DNA from: Lepidodermella squamata
Lineage: Eukaryota; Animalia; Gastrotricha
Direction of reading: 5' to 3'
Assembly: GCA_047495785.1 (NCBI GenBank)
Contig: JBLDXI010000024.1
Coordinates: 1,674,001 to 1,738,000, forward strand
DNA length: 64,000 bases
Position numbers and translations under genes: made by a program. Shown here piece by piece: positions 12,864 to 24,249 of the stretch. Under the pieces are notes generated by a model. The model was not told where the DNA came from, searched no databases, and saw only the letters and a list, made by a program, of their open reading frames with translations. Within the stretch, counting starts at the first letter, position 1. The number at the start of each line of letters is the position of its first letter.

Positions 12864-13149
12864 GTGTTCCTGTCGCATATATTGCTTATGATGATAAATT
12901 CTAACATTGGCTGAAACTCCGGGGCTTATTTTAATTCATTTTCAAATAAAACATACGGTTCATTGCACTTGTAACCTGTTGGCTAGAAAACACAGGGCAC
13001 GATGCATGATTATCAATAAAGGTTTGAGGAAATCGGATTGAAATTGGAAGTTCCCATGGGGTTGCAGTTACACTAACGAAACGCCGGTTACGCCGGCACC
13101 GGTTATTCCGCTCGCCTCGCACATAAACGCCGGCTGACGTTGCAAATCT

Positions 13150-13275
13150 ACAGAAACTCGGCGATTTATGTGGCGGAAACCACCGGAGGACATAGGGCCG
13201 AATACGCGTGGAGTGTGTGATCAAAGAATCGGCCTCAAAGATTCTGACCGTGTAGTAACACTGGTTTATTCCTAC
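13150..13275 (+). pseudogene. Relic of a second DDC last exon, inverted relative to 8229-8340
   Basis: gaatacgcgtggagtgtg(tg)atcaaagaatcggcctcaaagattctgac..taacactggtttatt closely matches the DDC 3' end (EYAWSVIKELASKVLT*); similarity resumes at about 13826 (tttatttcccgcaaaaa). Confidence 0.7.
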
Positions 13276-15142
13276 ATGCGCATGGTAAAATTTAGCCATT
13301 GGGAAATTGAATTTATCTATGGCTACAATTAATTTCTCTATGGCATGATACTGCCACAAATTTGGGCAGCATTTTGCTCAGAATTAGCCTCAAAACCCCC
13401 CATATTAACAAAAATGTGACAAAATGAGGCAATAACGAGGTCGTCGAAATCTCTTGCTGTTTGCCGTCGCGATGCAGATCCGGTTTTCTTCTCGAATTCG
13501 CGGTTTTGAGCAGCAACGGAAATTCAGCGACTAGCCATAGCAACGCTAGAGGCGACGACGACTGGTTTCTCGGCGGGTATTCGACCGGCAAAATTGACCA
13601 AAATCCATGGTTAATTTCCGCCGCGACCTGGATACCATTTTGCAGCGAGCGGATGGCTTCTGTTATTGCCAGTCTTCCAAAAGCCGCGAGCTGCGATACA
13701 GATGCATTGATTTCTGCGTGAACCCAGCTGAACCCCTCTCTGAAACCCCTCGACTCGTTTGGCTGCGCCCGGGGTTTCAGATCGGGAGGAAATTTCATTT
13801 CTCTATGGCTAGCTATAGAATAATCCTTTATTTCCCGCAAAAACTACATCAGCTTTGAAATTTTATATTCTAAATTACTCCCATGAATGTCCCTAAGATT
13901 CTTCCTCACTTATATCACCGACAAAATTTAGTTAAACAATTTTAGGGGCTCAGCATTCAGATCTGAATTCAGCTTTTCTAGTTTTTCCTCGCGACAGTTT
14001 TTGCAGCACAAAAATCACGCACTCCGCCTGTATAAGTCTGGGTGGATAGGACGAATTCGGCCGGTTTAATTGAATTTCAATGTCGTCGTCATTTTTCATT
14101 TCCAACTCTGAAAAATTTACACAGAGGTCAATGAGACTATGACGGACACGGTGGTCTTTTTTGTCAGATCAAAAAATGCTTAGAAACCTATGCAATTTTA
14201 AGTTGAAAAAATCGAAATTTCATTCTCAGGTTGACTATTTTCATATTGCAAGTATGTCCTGACAATGCAAACGGTGTCCCGGTCTCAAAACCTTGTAGCC
14301 AACATCAAAATGCAATATTCCTCAGGAGGGCGATCAACAATTCATCAAATTCAACTTTCTGCGAATTTTCAATGTCGAAATTCCAAAATCGTCCTTCCCG
14401 CCGTGAAAGGATTAATTTGAGAGAATTTTGTTCATTCATATTGATCAACCCCTTTGCATTAGTTGAAATAAAATAAACCTTCAATCAAATTATAATTAAA
14501 CGCCATTTCGGGTGATTCAGCAGTACCACGCCTGAACTAGATGATGACACTAAGGTGCGCGTTCGAAGCACAGACAATTGACACGACAAAGCCAGTCTTA
14601 TATATTATCACTGCTACCTGCTATCTACTGCCACGATGATAAAAAAATGCTAGTTTTTTCTACTCACAAAAAGCTTGAAGCGCATGTTCCTATTCCAAGC
14701 ATTACGGCACCGACTTTAGTACATACTTATTCTTGGTTTAATTGAGGGAGCCCACTGCGCCTATTTTGAACCACGCTAGACTAGTTGGTTATTGTTGGTA
14801 TGCAGTCAGCACGCAAATTCTTTGTTTTCTGCGCTGACTAAATATCAAGAAAGATAAGCCATCATTAATATGCTTTCGGTAATCGCGTAAATTTTTTTCT
14901 AATTTGCCTAATTACCAAGACACATACCTTCACCGCCGCTTCCGAGTTATTCTGGCGGACACGCCACTGTACGATGGTATGATGACAGTCCCCAGAGCCG
15001 CTAATTAAGTGCACGAAGAAATTCGTCAAGTATGCGCTTGGCGCATATATAAACAGCGCGACCTTTGTCAATTTCCCAGTATTACCGCAAACTTCGCGTA
15101 TATCTTTGTATGATTTCATCACGAAGCTCAAACGTTGGTTCA

Positions 15143-16606
15143 ATGTGCGAAAACAGATGCGTTTTTCTTATCGAAGGCGTCGAACAACCAGCAAAAGCTC
15201 TCGGCTGTATATACAGCGCCATTAAGGAGATCAATGGTGCCGAAGTCGAGCGACTGGAAATTCGAAATAACAAATTCCACCAAAGCAAGCGCGACTTCTT
15301 GGTCGAAACTAAATTCTATAGCAAAGAATCGTGCGATGGCCAAGAGTTGCTGGATGCTTTGAGGAACTGTAAGATTGATTCACATATCGAATTAATATCG
15401 TCGAAAAATTCAATTGCAACCGAGCATTGGTACCCGAAAGACATTTCTGAGTTGGATAAATGTCTCGAGTGCGTAACGAAATTCGACCCGACGGAGGATT
15501 CTGGTCATCCAGTAAGTGGCTAAGATATTCCAATTCTTGGTTAATTTGTTAAATTTCAGGGATTCCATGATAGTAATTACCGTGCCCGCAGAAATGCGAT
15601 TGCCAACATCGCTTACACCCATAAAACGTAACTAATTCATCTTAATCTACAGAATCCTACTTCATTGTAATTTTCAGGGGATCTCCGATACCTCGAGTTG
15701 AATTCACCCGCGATGAGGTATCAACCTGGTGTATGGTGTATTCTAAGCTAAAAGAGCTGCACAAGACGCATGCTTATTCCGGATTTATCCGCGTCTTCAA
15801 CCTAATGGAGAAAGAAGGCATCTACGCGCCCGAGTTCATTCCTCAGCTCGAAGACGTCTCGAGTTTTCTGAAGAGGCAGACTGGGTTTCAACTACGACCT
15901 GTCTCTGGCTTGCTGTCATCACGACACTTTCTTTATAGCTTGGCTTACCGCGTATTCATGTGTACCCAATATATTCGGCATCCATCTTCGCCACATCATA
16001 GCCCGGAACCGTGAGTTTCTCCTCGGTAATTCCGATTGACCTGAACAAATAATTTTTTCCTAGAGATTGCATTCACGAACTCCTGGGCCATGTTCCAATG
16101 CTTGCCGATGCTGATTTTGCTGATTTTTCGCAAGAAATCGGAATAGCCTCCCTCGGCGCATCAGATGACGAAATCGAGAAGCTCTCAACGGTAATAATTT
16201 ATTAGTAATGATAAATTATGCTCTGAATTGTTTTATTAATCAGCTCTACTGGTTTACGGTGGAATTCGGTCTATGCCGAGATGAAGCTGACGACGGAAAT
16301 GTCAAGGCCTTTGGCGCCGGGCTGCTGTCTGCCTTCGGCGAGTTGCAGCATGCATTATCTGGCAAGCCTGAGATTCGAGAATTCGAGCCTTCTAAAGTCG
16401 CAGTTCAAAAGTATCAAGACGCTGAATACCAGGCGGTCTACTTTGTCTGCGATTCAATCGAAAAGATGAAACAAAGGTTTCGCGGATACGTGCAAGAAAA
16501 TTTCCCAAATCTCGGAAGAGAAGAGCAAAAAGAAAGGTCAGAAAAACCGGCTGCTACGGTCATTTACTATCCTATACTCTGCGACGAACCAGTTCTATAC
16601 TTTTGA
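15143..16606 (+). CDS. TH: Tyrosine 3-monooxygenase (tyrosine hydroxylase)
   Basis: Exons 15143-15511, 15560-15627, 15678-16010, 16064-16190, 16244-16606 (alternative ATG at about 15110). ACT-like N-terminus; iron ligands in HELLGH and VEFG; TH-type features ELDKC..VTKFDP, HSPEP, HVPML, EKLSTLYWF, YQD..YQ. Confidence 0.88.
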
Positions 16607-16828
16607 ATGATGACTTAAAGAATATTATTCGAAATGGCGATGATTTATTATTATATCTATCTATCCAAGTGTTAATCATGCGATGGTTTTTTCAGTGGAT
16701 GATATATAAACATTGTAATAAATATTCTATAAAATAATAAACAAAAATATGCTTATCCATAGTCGTTGTTGATTCCGTTTCAATAATATGGGGCTCTCTG
16801 CAAGCAAAACATCGAACAATGTTGCAGT

Positions 16829-16855
16829 AATCGAATCGAATCGAATCGAATCGAA
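16829..16855 (+). repeat. (AATCG)n microsatellite
   Basis: aatcgaatcgaatcgaatcgaatcgaa. Confidence 0.8.
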
Positions 16856-17089
16856 CAAAACACAATCGAAAAATCTTAAGACAAATCGTAAAAAGTGCAT
16901 TTTTTTTCTTGCGAATATTCTCACATTCAACATTCGAATTTGTACTTGAAATTTCAGGTGAAAACTGAGATATCGAGAAAAATCACGCTGCTTTTACTTG
17001 TCCGAATCGCATACCTTGGCGAAGTTCTTCGTGTTCCGAATTACCGGCTCTACGGATTGTCATCATGTTATGGCGCGTTTATTCGGGAA

Positions 17090-17500
17090 AGAGCTTTAAA
17101 ATACTTCAGCGCCGACAAAATTACTCGCATTCCATGTACACTCGCCTCCATCATGTGACGGCTTCTACACATCGCACGATAATGAGTGGCCCAGAATAGC
17201 AACAAATAGCGATGAAAGTTTTGCATCTTCGCCAACTCAGTCACATACCTCCCCACACAGAACCACATTTTTGGTGTGGACACTCGCTGCGATAATATAT
17301 TGCACGTTTCTAAAATTACTCGGCAGCGGCGGCGAAGATATTAATTGTCTTGATCTTGATAATTGAGAAGAAAAAAATGAACGTGAGTGCCAATGGCATA
17401 CCAAAGATGGCTTATTAACGGCACTTGGCTGTTTCAGCTCACAGTTGATGGCGCTGCGGCCTCCTTTAATAGCGCAGTAATATACCCAGGAAGTAAAACA
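17090..17500 (-). repeat. Inverted copy of the 6490-6860 repeat, abutting the acetyltransferase start
   Basis: ttttgcatcttcgccaactcagtcacatacctcccc..cagaaccacatttttggtgtgga is the reverse complement of about 6695-6757. Confidence 0.8.
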
Positions 17501-17503
17501 TAG

Positions 17504-18133
17504 ATGGCGAATCACCAGTTTTTTGTCAAAACGTTGACTCGCGATCGCCTCGATGAGGCTGCCAATGTGTTGGCGAACTCATTTATGCAGAATCACATTC
17601 CCACGATCCACCTCAAACAATTTACTCCCGACAAGTTCCCTATATTTGTCCGCGATTTCATCATCGAGGCATGCATCGATCAACATGTTAGCGTTTTCAT
17701 TGAAGACTCTGCTGGTAAAATGCTTGGCGTTGCTGTCTCGGAGATATGGAATATCGAGGAGAATCCTTCTCTGCCTGATCAAGACGAAGAGATGTTTATC
17801 TTGATGGGAGAACTCCAAAAATTGTTGCCGCCAGAGATGGTTGCAGAATCTTGCAAAGGCACAATTTTGCATATCAGCATGGTCGCGACTCGCGTTGGCG
17901 AACATGGCCGAGGTGTCGCGACTCTACTAATAAAATCAATGGTCGAATTCGCACTGAAGAATCAATTCAAATACGTCTTCGGCGATTGTACATCGGCTGA
18001 GACGCAACACATATTTTTGGACAAATCGGGCTTCGCGAACGCTGGGGAAATCTTGTACGATACATTCAGCGAGAAGCTCAAGGGCTGCCCTGGCAAAATT
18101 GTTTTAGCCGTCAAGAAATTGGTCCAAAATTAG
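17504..18133 (+). CDS. GNAT acetyltransferase, arylalkylamine (dopamine) N-acetyltransferase-like
   Basis: Single-exon 209 aa. Acetyl-CoA motif ATRVGEHGRGVATLLI preceded by LHISMV and followed by GDCTSAETQHIF..SGF, the layout of insect Dat/AANAT-like enzymes. Confidence 0.75.
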   Translation: MANHQFFVKTLTRDRLDEAANVLANSFMQNHIPTIHLKQFTPDKFPIFVRDFIIEACIDQHVSVFIEDSAGKMLGVAVSEIWNIEENPSLPDQDEEMFILMGELQKLLPPEMVAESCKGTILHISMVATRVGEHGRGVATLLIKSMVEFALKNQFKYVFGDCTSAETQHIFLDKSGFANAGEILYDTFSEKLKGCPGKIVLAVKKLVQN

Positions 18134-18892
18134 GCTATCGGAATTGTACCATGGAGGATAACTATGCGACCCAAGGAAGCACTTGACACAGTAACAACTT
18201 GATTCATGAAAATTATCGATGCTATCATGAATAAAGCTATACTCTTAGCGATACGCCAAAACAACCACTTTGATGACGCATTGGATCGTACTTTTAGGAG
18301 CCTAGCGTAATGTTGAATTACGCTCGGCTGTTTTGAGCATTGATTGTAATTTACATTTACGTTCAAGCGTCCATAAAACTATATTAATGGTATAATGGTT
18401 GTCTAGGCGCGTCGCTAACGATAAAGTAAAAATCGAATATAGCAGTAAAGTTACGGAATAAAATAAGCTAACTTATTTTTAAGAAATATTGGGCATGACC
18501 GAAATAATAAAGGGCGGGGGCAAAGGTAACTCAAAATAACGAAGAGCAGAAACATATTAGTAGGCAGGGGCTTGTCACTTGCATGTCCTCCATGATAGAC
18601 ATAATAGACTACAGATCACCTGCTCACGAGAAAATTGCTAGCCCGTGTCAAGATCTGAAACTGCAATATTTTACGTCACCAGGTGAAGTAGCCACCCGAA
18701 ATCACTTGTCACTTGTGTAGATTTTGCCGTATTTTTTTATAGTGAAGTTGACAAGTGATTTTCAGGTCACGCGACCAAGAAGCAAAAACTCTTGATGAAT
18801 AATTTCGGCACACATAAATGTACTAGCGTGTCAGATCTCTCTTTTCATTCATCTATGCTGCGATCTAATTTGCACTGATACAAGTTGTTGTA

Positions 18893-21043
18893 ATGTTATC
18901 GAACTTTTGTATCTGTGCTGTTTTGTTGGCTGGGTTTCAACTAGCAGCCAGCAATATTGTCCCTTCGTCGAAACAAGCTCTGAACCGTTACCAGCTTGGT
19001 TTTATTCTGAATAAGAAGTCAATTCAGGGCAGCAATCTCGATTTCTCGTCCTTCGAATATTTCCGAAGTGATGGCGAGAAGAGCACGATGCGAAACATGA
19101 CCGCAACGGTGGACGTTAACTCGGTCAGCACCGGCAACAACTACGGCGTTACAACCTACACGACCTCAGTGAAATTGAGCGAGCCGCCGAAGCCCGATGA
19201 CGATTTCAGCGGCCTTGTTGAGAGCCATTACTGTCTCAAGACCTTCATCGGAACCTTCGACGACCTAATTTCTTTTTATGACAAGGTAAAGCACATATTG
19301 GTAGCGGCCGATTAAGTCTGATTTAGACTATTAAAGGTGACAAGTGACAATGAAAATCGGGTCTTAAATAATGTTTTTATTAAATTATTGACAAAAGCGT
19401 ATGACATCTATCACTGCCATCTTCAACTGACATTAAAAAATGTACCAGCGATAATTTTTATTAGTTCAATCGATCCCAGCCAAAATTGTGTGAATATCAC
19501 GAATCGTTTCTTCAACCCATTTGCATTATTGAAGTTCTGGGGCATTTTTTTAATTTTTACTCATTTATTACTCCATTTTTCGACAACGAATGAGATTATT
19601 TTTTCATAAAAAATCAACTAAAAGTTCAACTCTAATGTGATTTCCAGGTGAGGTCCTCGGTCCACCTTCCATATTTTGAATTTTCTATTCGTTTTTATTT
19701 CGGGTTATGGGTATCCCAGCTCTTGGTAGAGAATGTCAATTCAAAGTATTCGATTTCATTCTCGCGTTGCCTCATATTCATTAATTTTCAATAAAAAAAA
19801 CTTTTTTTAATAACGTGATCAGCTATCGCCGGTAATAACCGAGTCTACTCCTATGCAATACGTCCTGTTCATTATCACAGAGAAGTTTGACTCGTCAAAG
19901 TTCAGCGGCAAAGTACTTGCAGCAGCCAATGATAAGAATTACGTCAGGCTTACTCTCGGTTTCGTCCGCAACATCGGCAGGCTGTCGCAGTCAGACCGCG
20001 ATTCCATCATTCACGCCAGGATTCCGTTCTTCGAAAATCTCGTCCTGAAGCAGTCGGAAGATCTTGAAAACACAGATTTGCCTATCTACGCCTTCTCTCA
20101 CGTTTTCAGCTTGTTCAAGAACTACAGTTCGGTTTTCAAAAGCGAAACTGAAACGAAAGAGGAAGACGGCTTTCTGCTCTCTGTTGTCAATCTCGCCGAC
20201 GTCGTGTTGTTCGAAGCTGACGATAAATTGGAAAGCTACTGCAACAATCCCAAGAAGGACGTCTCCGTTCTGAGCCACCGCCTTAATACTGACAACTACC
20301 CGATGGCCGCTGGACTTCGCCGGCCGTCGGTGAAAATTGAAGTTCCGACCAAGGGAACCTGGCTGACGTTCGCCGGCCAGACTGGCACGCACCTGACTGC
20401 GCCCTTCCACTTCGATGAAAAAATGTCGAAAACCGCTGATTTGCCGAAGAAAACTTTCTTCGCACCCTGCGTCCGCATCAAGATTCCTTACTCATCGCTT
20501 GCTGAGAATAAAATCACCGTGTCTTTGATCAAGGATGCTGTTATGACCAGCAGCATTCCCAATGACGCCATCTTCGTGATTCACACCGAATTCGGCGAAG
20601 ACCATTGGATTCATGAGCCCGAAGCCTACAACACCGATTTTCCGGTTTTGGAAGAAGAAGCCGCCAAATACTTGGTTGAAGAGTACCAAGTAGCTGCTAT
20701 TGGCATTGACTCGCCGTCGCTGGATGATGGCAAGGATAATAAGTTCAAGACTCACGGTTATTTGGCTTCGAAGAACATTCCGACCCTGCTGAATCTCCGC
20801 CTGAGCGACTCGCTGATTGCTGAAAATGGCGCCCGTTGCGTGTTGACCTACCTGCGATCTGTCGATGGTACCGATGCTCCCCTGGGTCTGTTTGCTTTGA
20901 ATGGCTACGACTCGACGACTGTCTCGCCGATCGCGAGGTCAGTTGCCCCGAAAGCTCTTACTGAGGCCAAGGTGACGCTAACAACCGCTGATTCGACCTC
21001 GAGCACTTCAACTGTTTCACCGATCAGCTCTTCGACTGAAAAG
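18893..21043 (+). CDS. Secreted Cyclase-family protein, gene B (inactive motif; inverted duplicate of gene F with a decayed 3' end)
   Basis: Exons 18893-19285 and 19823-21043. Signal peptide; QTGTHLTAPFH in place of HxGTHxDxPxH; long near-identical stretches with 46612-48690; the terminal GPI exon survives only as a fragment at about 21225-21310. Confidence 0.8.
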
Positions 21044-21428
21044 GTACACTTTTATTTCAATATATTTTAACATTAGGCTAACATTTCTCTGAAAAATGCT
21101 TTGATTGTTGAATTTTCTGAAATTTTGTTTTTCATGACTAGGCTCAACCTGAACTTGAAGCTTCAGCACAGATCAATGTTGATGAACTATTGGAAAATGC
21201 TTCGGTGCTAGTTTTAATGCCGCTACGACGACTATTACAACACGCAAGCTCGAGTCCCCTGTTGTCGAAGCTGATAGGCAAAACCGCTGAATAATGACAA
21301 GTTGATAATGTAACCGGTGAGACCCGAAATTATCCGCCCGAATGGGTTAATAAATTGAAATGCTTCTGAAATTAATTTAAGTAAAACAAACCCAAGAATC
21401 ATAACATTTTATTGGGTTTTTTGAAAAT

Positions 21429-21500
21429 ATGAAAATTCTTGCGATTATCGCGGCTATTTTGGTCGCCATGGACGCAGAAGATGCGAAGCCGAAGCGTTTC
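21429..21500 (+). pseudogene. Relic of the 5' end of cyclase gene E
   Basis: atgaaaattcttgcgattatcgcggctattttggtcgcc.. encodes MKILAIIAAILVAMDAEDAKPKRF, against MKVLAIIAAIFVAINAADVNPIKPKRY at 45367. Confidence 0.75.
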
Positions 21501-21773
21501 CTATCATTTTCCGGCATTTCGTAGGCGAAAATCGTGTTTTGACCTTCCAGTTCCCCAAGTTCAACGGTAAATAATGAAAATTAAATGGGAGATCTACATT
21601 GGTATTAGACTAATCTGAAAGATTACAACAGTTTGACTTGGTGGCGCTACATTACATAGTCAGAAAGCAGTGGCAGCAGACCTTACCTACATCAGTATCA
21701 TAGAGTTGGTAGAAATTCATAAAAGAGTTCCTTACATGTAGCGAGGGAAAGAAATTAGCATCAGCAGCCAATC

Positions 21774-21826
21774 TCACGATCATGAGCAAATCGATTCATG
21801 GCCAATCGATTTGCTCATGATCGTGA
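21774..21826. repeat. Perfect 23-bp inverted repeat with a 7-nt loop
   Basis: tcacgatcatgagcaaatcgatt-catggcc-aatcgatttgctcatgatcgtga. Confidence 0.85.
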
Positions 21827-22088
21827 CATGTTATCTTTTAGCGGAAGTTTGACAGTTTCCTCTTCTCGTTTAAAGTGCACAATCTCATCGGCTATAATAT
21901 TGACCCTGTGGATGTATTTAAAATGTAACATTCAGCGTGCTGGTTTATTAGGTAAAAATTCGAAATTGCCAACAGCCAAAAGCATGTACAGTGTGATTTT
22001 ATTGTGAGATAATTACATATATCAAACAAACATCATCTCAACTTGTTTCAAACTGAAAAATCAAGTAAAGTTTGCATCCAGTTAAAGC

Positions 22089-24249
22089 TTATTTGTTGGT
22101 ATCGGTAGATATTTCCTCAATGAAAGAGAGGAATCGGTTGATCCGTGCGAAAGTTATCGGCCTGTTGTACCATCCATTACAACTGGGAATAAATGAAGGA
22201 ACACCAGCCAGTACCCATCCTCCGTTTTCATCAACTTTACAGACTAGAGGGGCACCGATGTCACCAAGACAAGCGTAATTGCGTTGAGGATCATATTTGT
22301 AGTATGGCTGTTCTCTTGCAATTGCGCAGATCTCATTTTCAGTGAGCCGATCCTGTTTCAGAAGAGGAAAGTGACTATACAGGGCAACGCAGAAGTTGTG
22401 CTGAAGACGCAATTCCTACATTTTTGTCATCGTCAGGAATCATTAGGCATTAGGACCAATGGATTTCCTGTTACATACTCTGACACTTCTTCAACTTCAT
22501 ATTACGTGAAAATTCAGAAGTTCATCAGGGAATGGATTGGCTATGTGATTCCTAATGATGGAAAAAATGATGTTAGGAATGGCGTCTTTAACATAACTCC
22601 TGCCTCGCCCTGTAAATATTTGCATCAATAAAATTGAGGTTCCAGCAATATATTTAAGCATTGCTAAAATGTTTTTATTTTGTCGCGAAATTTCGTGCTT
22701 CAGAAAAGTAGGTGATTTGCGCTATGATACAGGACGTTGATACTGGTTCTGCAGACCGTGATATGCCTGCAGTTTACGTATGATCTGCAGACGTAAACTA
22801 ACTCTGGATATCCCAAAATACGCGTAATGGTGAAATCTATCGGTTAGGCATACAATTCTAAGATAATTAAGATAATTAAGATATCAAGGATGGCGCTAAA
22901 CTCGAGAAAGCATATTTTGGTGAGATGGACGCTCAATGTAATGCTGAAACCCCGAATTCAAGGTTTACACCTTTGGCGCAACTAAGGAATACGTTGAACA
23001 ACAAGAAATCGTAAATAGAATAACAATGAAATGAGGAAGCATCAGAGCGTATTATACCTACTTGTATTTCCTGCACGAGAGTCTCGCACCTCTTGCTGCT
23101 GATCGTCGCAACTTTCATTTGTTCCAATTCTTCAGAACCTCGGAGGAAGTCACTAGCTAGGCCAAATCCTGTGACAAAGCACTGATAAGATGAGTTTGGG
23201 CGAAGCCTGGGGGACCTTGTGCGAAGGAAGACGTCTCCGAACAAGCAAGCAGGCTGGATTCGATCGTTAAAAGAGGCCCCGGGAAGCTTCAATACGATGA
23301 CTGCTATTCCCGGTAGAGATTCATATGAATGGGGAGAAACCATGATTTTTTCTGCCGCCAGCATTGCTCCGGTCGTATTCAATTGATGAAGGCCTGCCCT
23401 TATTTCCAACTTTGACGCATTGCGCGGTGTTGAACGAAAACAATTGGCCGAGGTGACAACAAGGCGAGGTGAAATTAAAGCTCCACTGCAAATATGACTG
23501 CCATTGTATCGTATCGAAATATGCCACGGCCATGAGTGAGGTCGGCTCACGACAATTGCGTCGACTTTAGGAATAATGCCGAATATATGACCAAAGTGAC
23601 CGCCACCACTGAACTTATTTGTTTCATGATCTTGCATGACATAATCATAAGAGAAATCACGATTAGCCGCGCGACGAAGCATCTTGCGACTTTTTGAACC
23701 ATTGAGGCCTATAGGTTTTATAACGGGCTTCCCACAATTTAGTTCGTTGCCAGTCCAGCTCGTTGATGATTTGTTGCATCGTATCGGTTCCAAATCAGCT
23801 TTAAAACCATTCACAACCGTCGCGTTGCTGGAGTAACGTCTGAAGATCACAGAAATTTGATTGGTCGATGATTTTATCGGACTGGAGATTGAGGAGTTGC
23901 AGGCCGAAAAAATAAGCTGCTTGGTCCCATTTCCATAGACGTCATAAACTTGTAAGGAATTACTCGAACATTTTTTGCTAGGCGAAATGCCTGAATAGCC
24001 TTTAATACCAGAGATAGTGCGAAGGAGAATACATGAAATTTTACCTGTCAAAGTGAACTCAATGCAGAAACCTTTTGGGTTGGAAAAAGACCACAGAAAA
24101 ATCTCATTTGCAACCCGAAATTGTGGCGCAACATTGCTGTTTGGATAACCAAATGTAATTTTTCGATCGGGATACCCACGTGCATTTCCCACATTAATCT
24201 GGATAGCAAGCAAAAGTGGCAATATTTTGTAATATTTGACCGTAATCAT
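22089..24249 (-). CDS. Secreted CUB-like domain plus trypsin-fold serine protease homologue (catalytically inactive)
   Basis: Signal peptide; CUB-like C..S.PIKSSTNQISVIF..NGFKA; CGKP; SRPHSWPWHISI..HICSGALI..VTSANCF (His>Asn); last exon about 22352-22089 with CLGDIGAPLVC (Ser>Ile). Confidence 0.8.

Noticed and set aside
12931-13858. ORFs of 142 and 175 aa between SLC2 and TH
   Set aside because: No motifs; they overlap the DDC relic and an inserted repeat-like segment.
15143-16606. Tryptophan or phenylalanine hydroxylase, which would give a serotonin/melatonin cluster and fit the kynurenine formamidase-like neighbours
   Set aside because: The diagnostic segments (ELDKC..TKFDP, HSPEP rather than YTPEP, HVPML, KLST, YQD..YQ) are TH-type.
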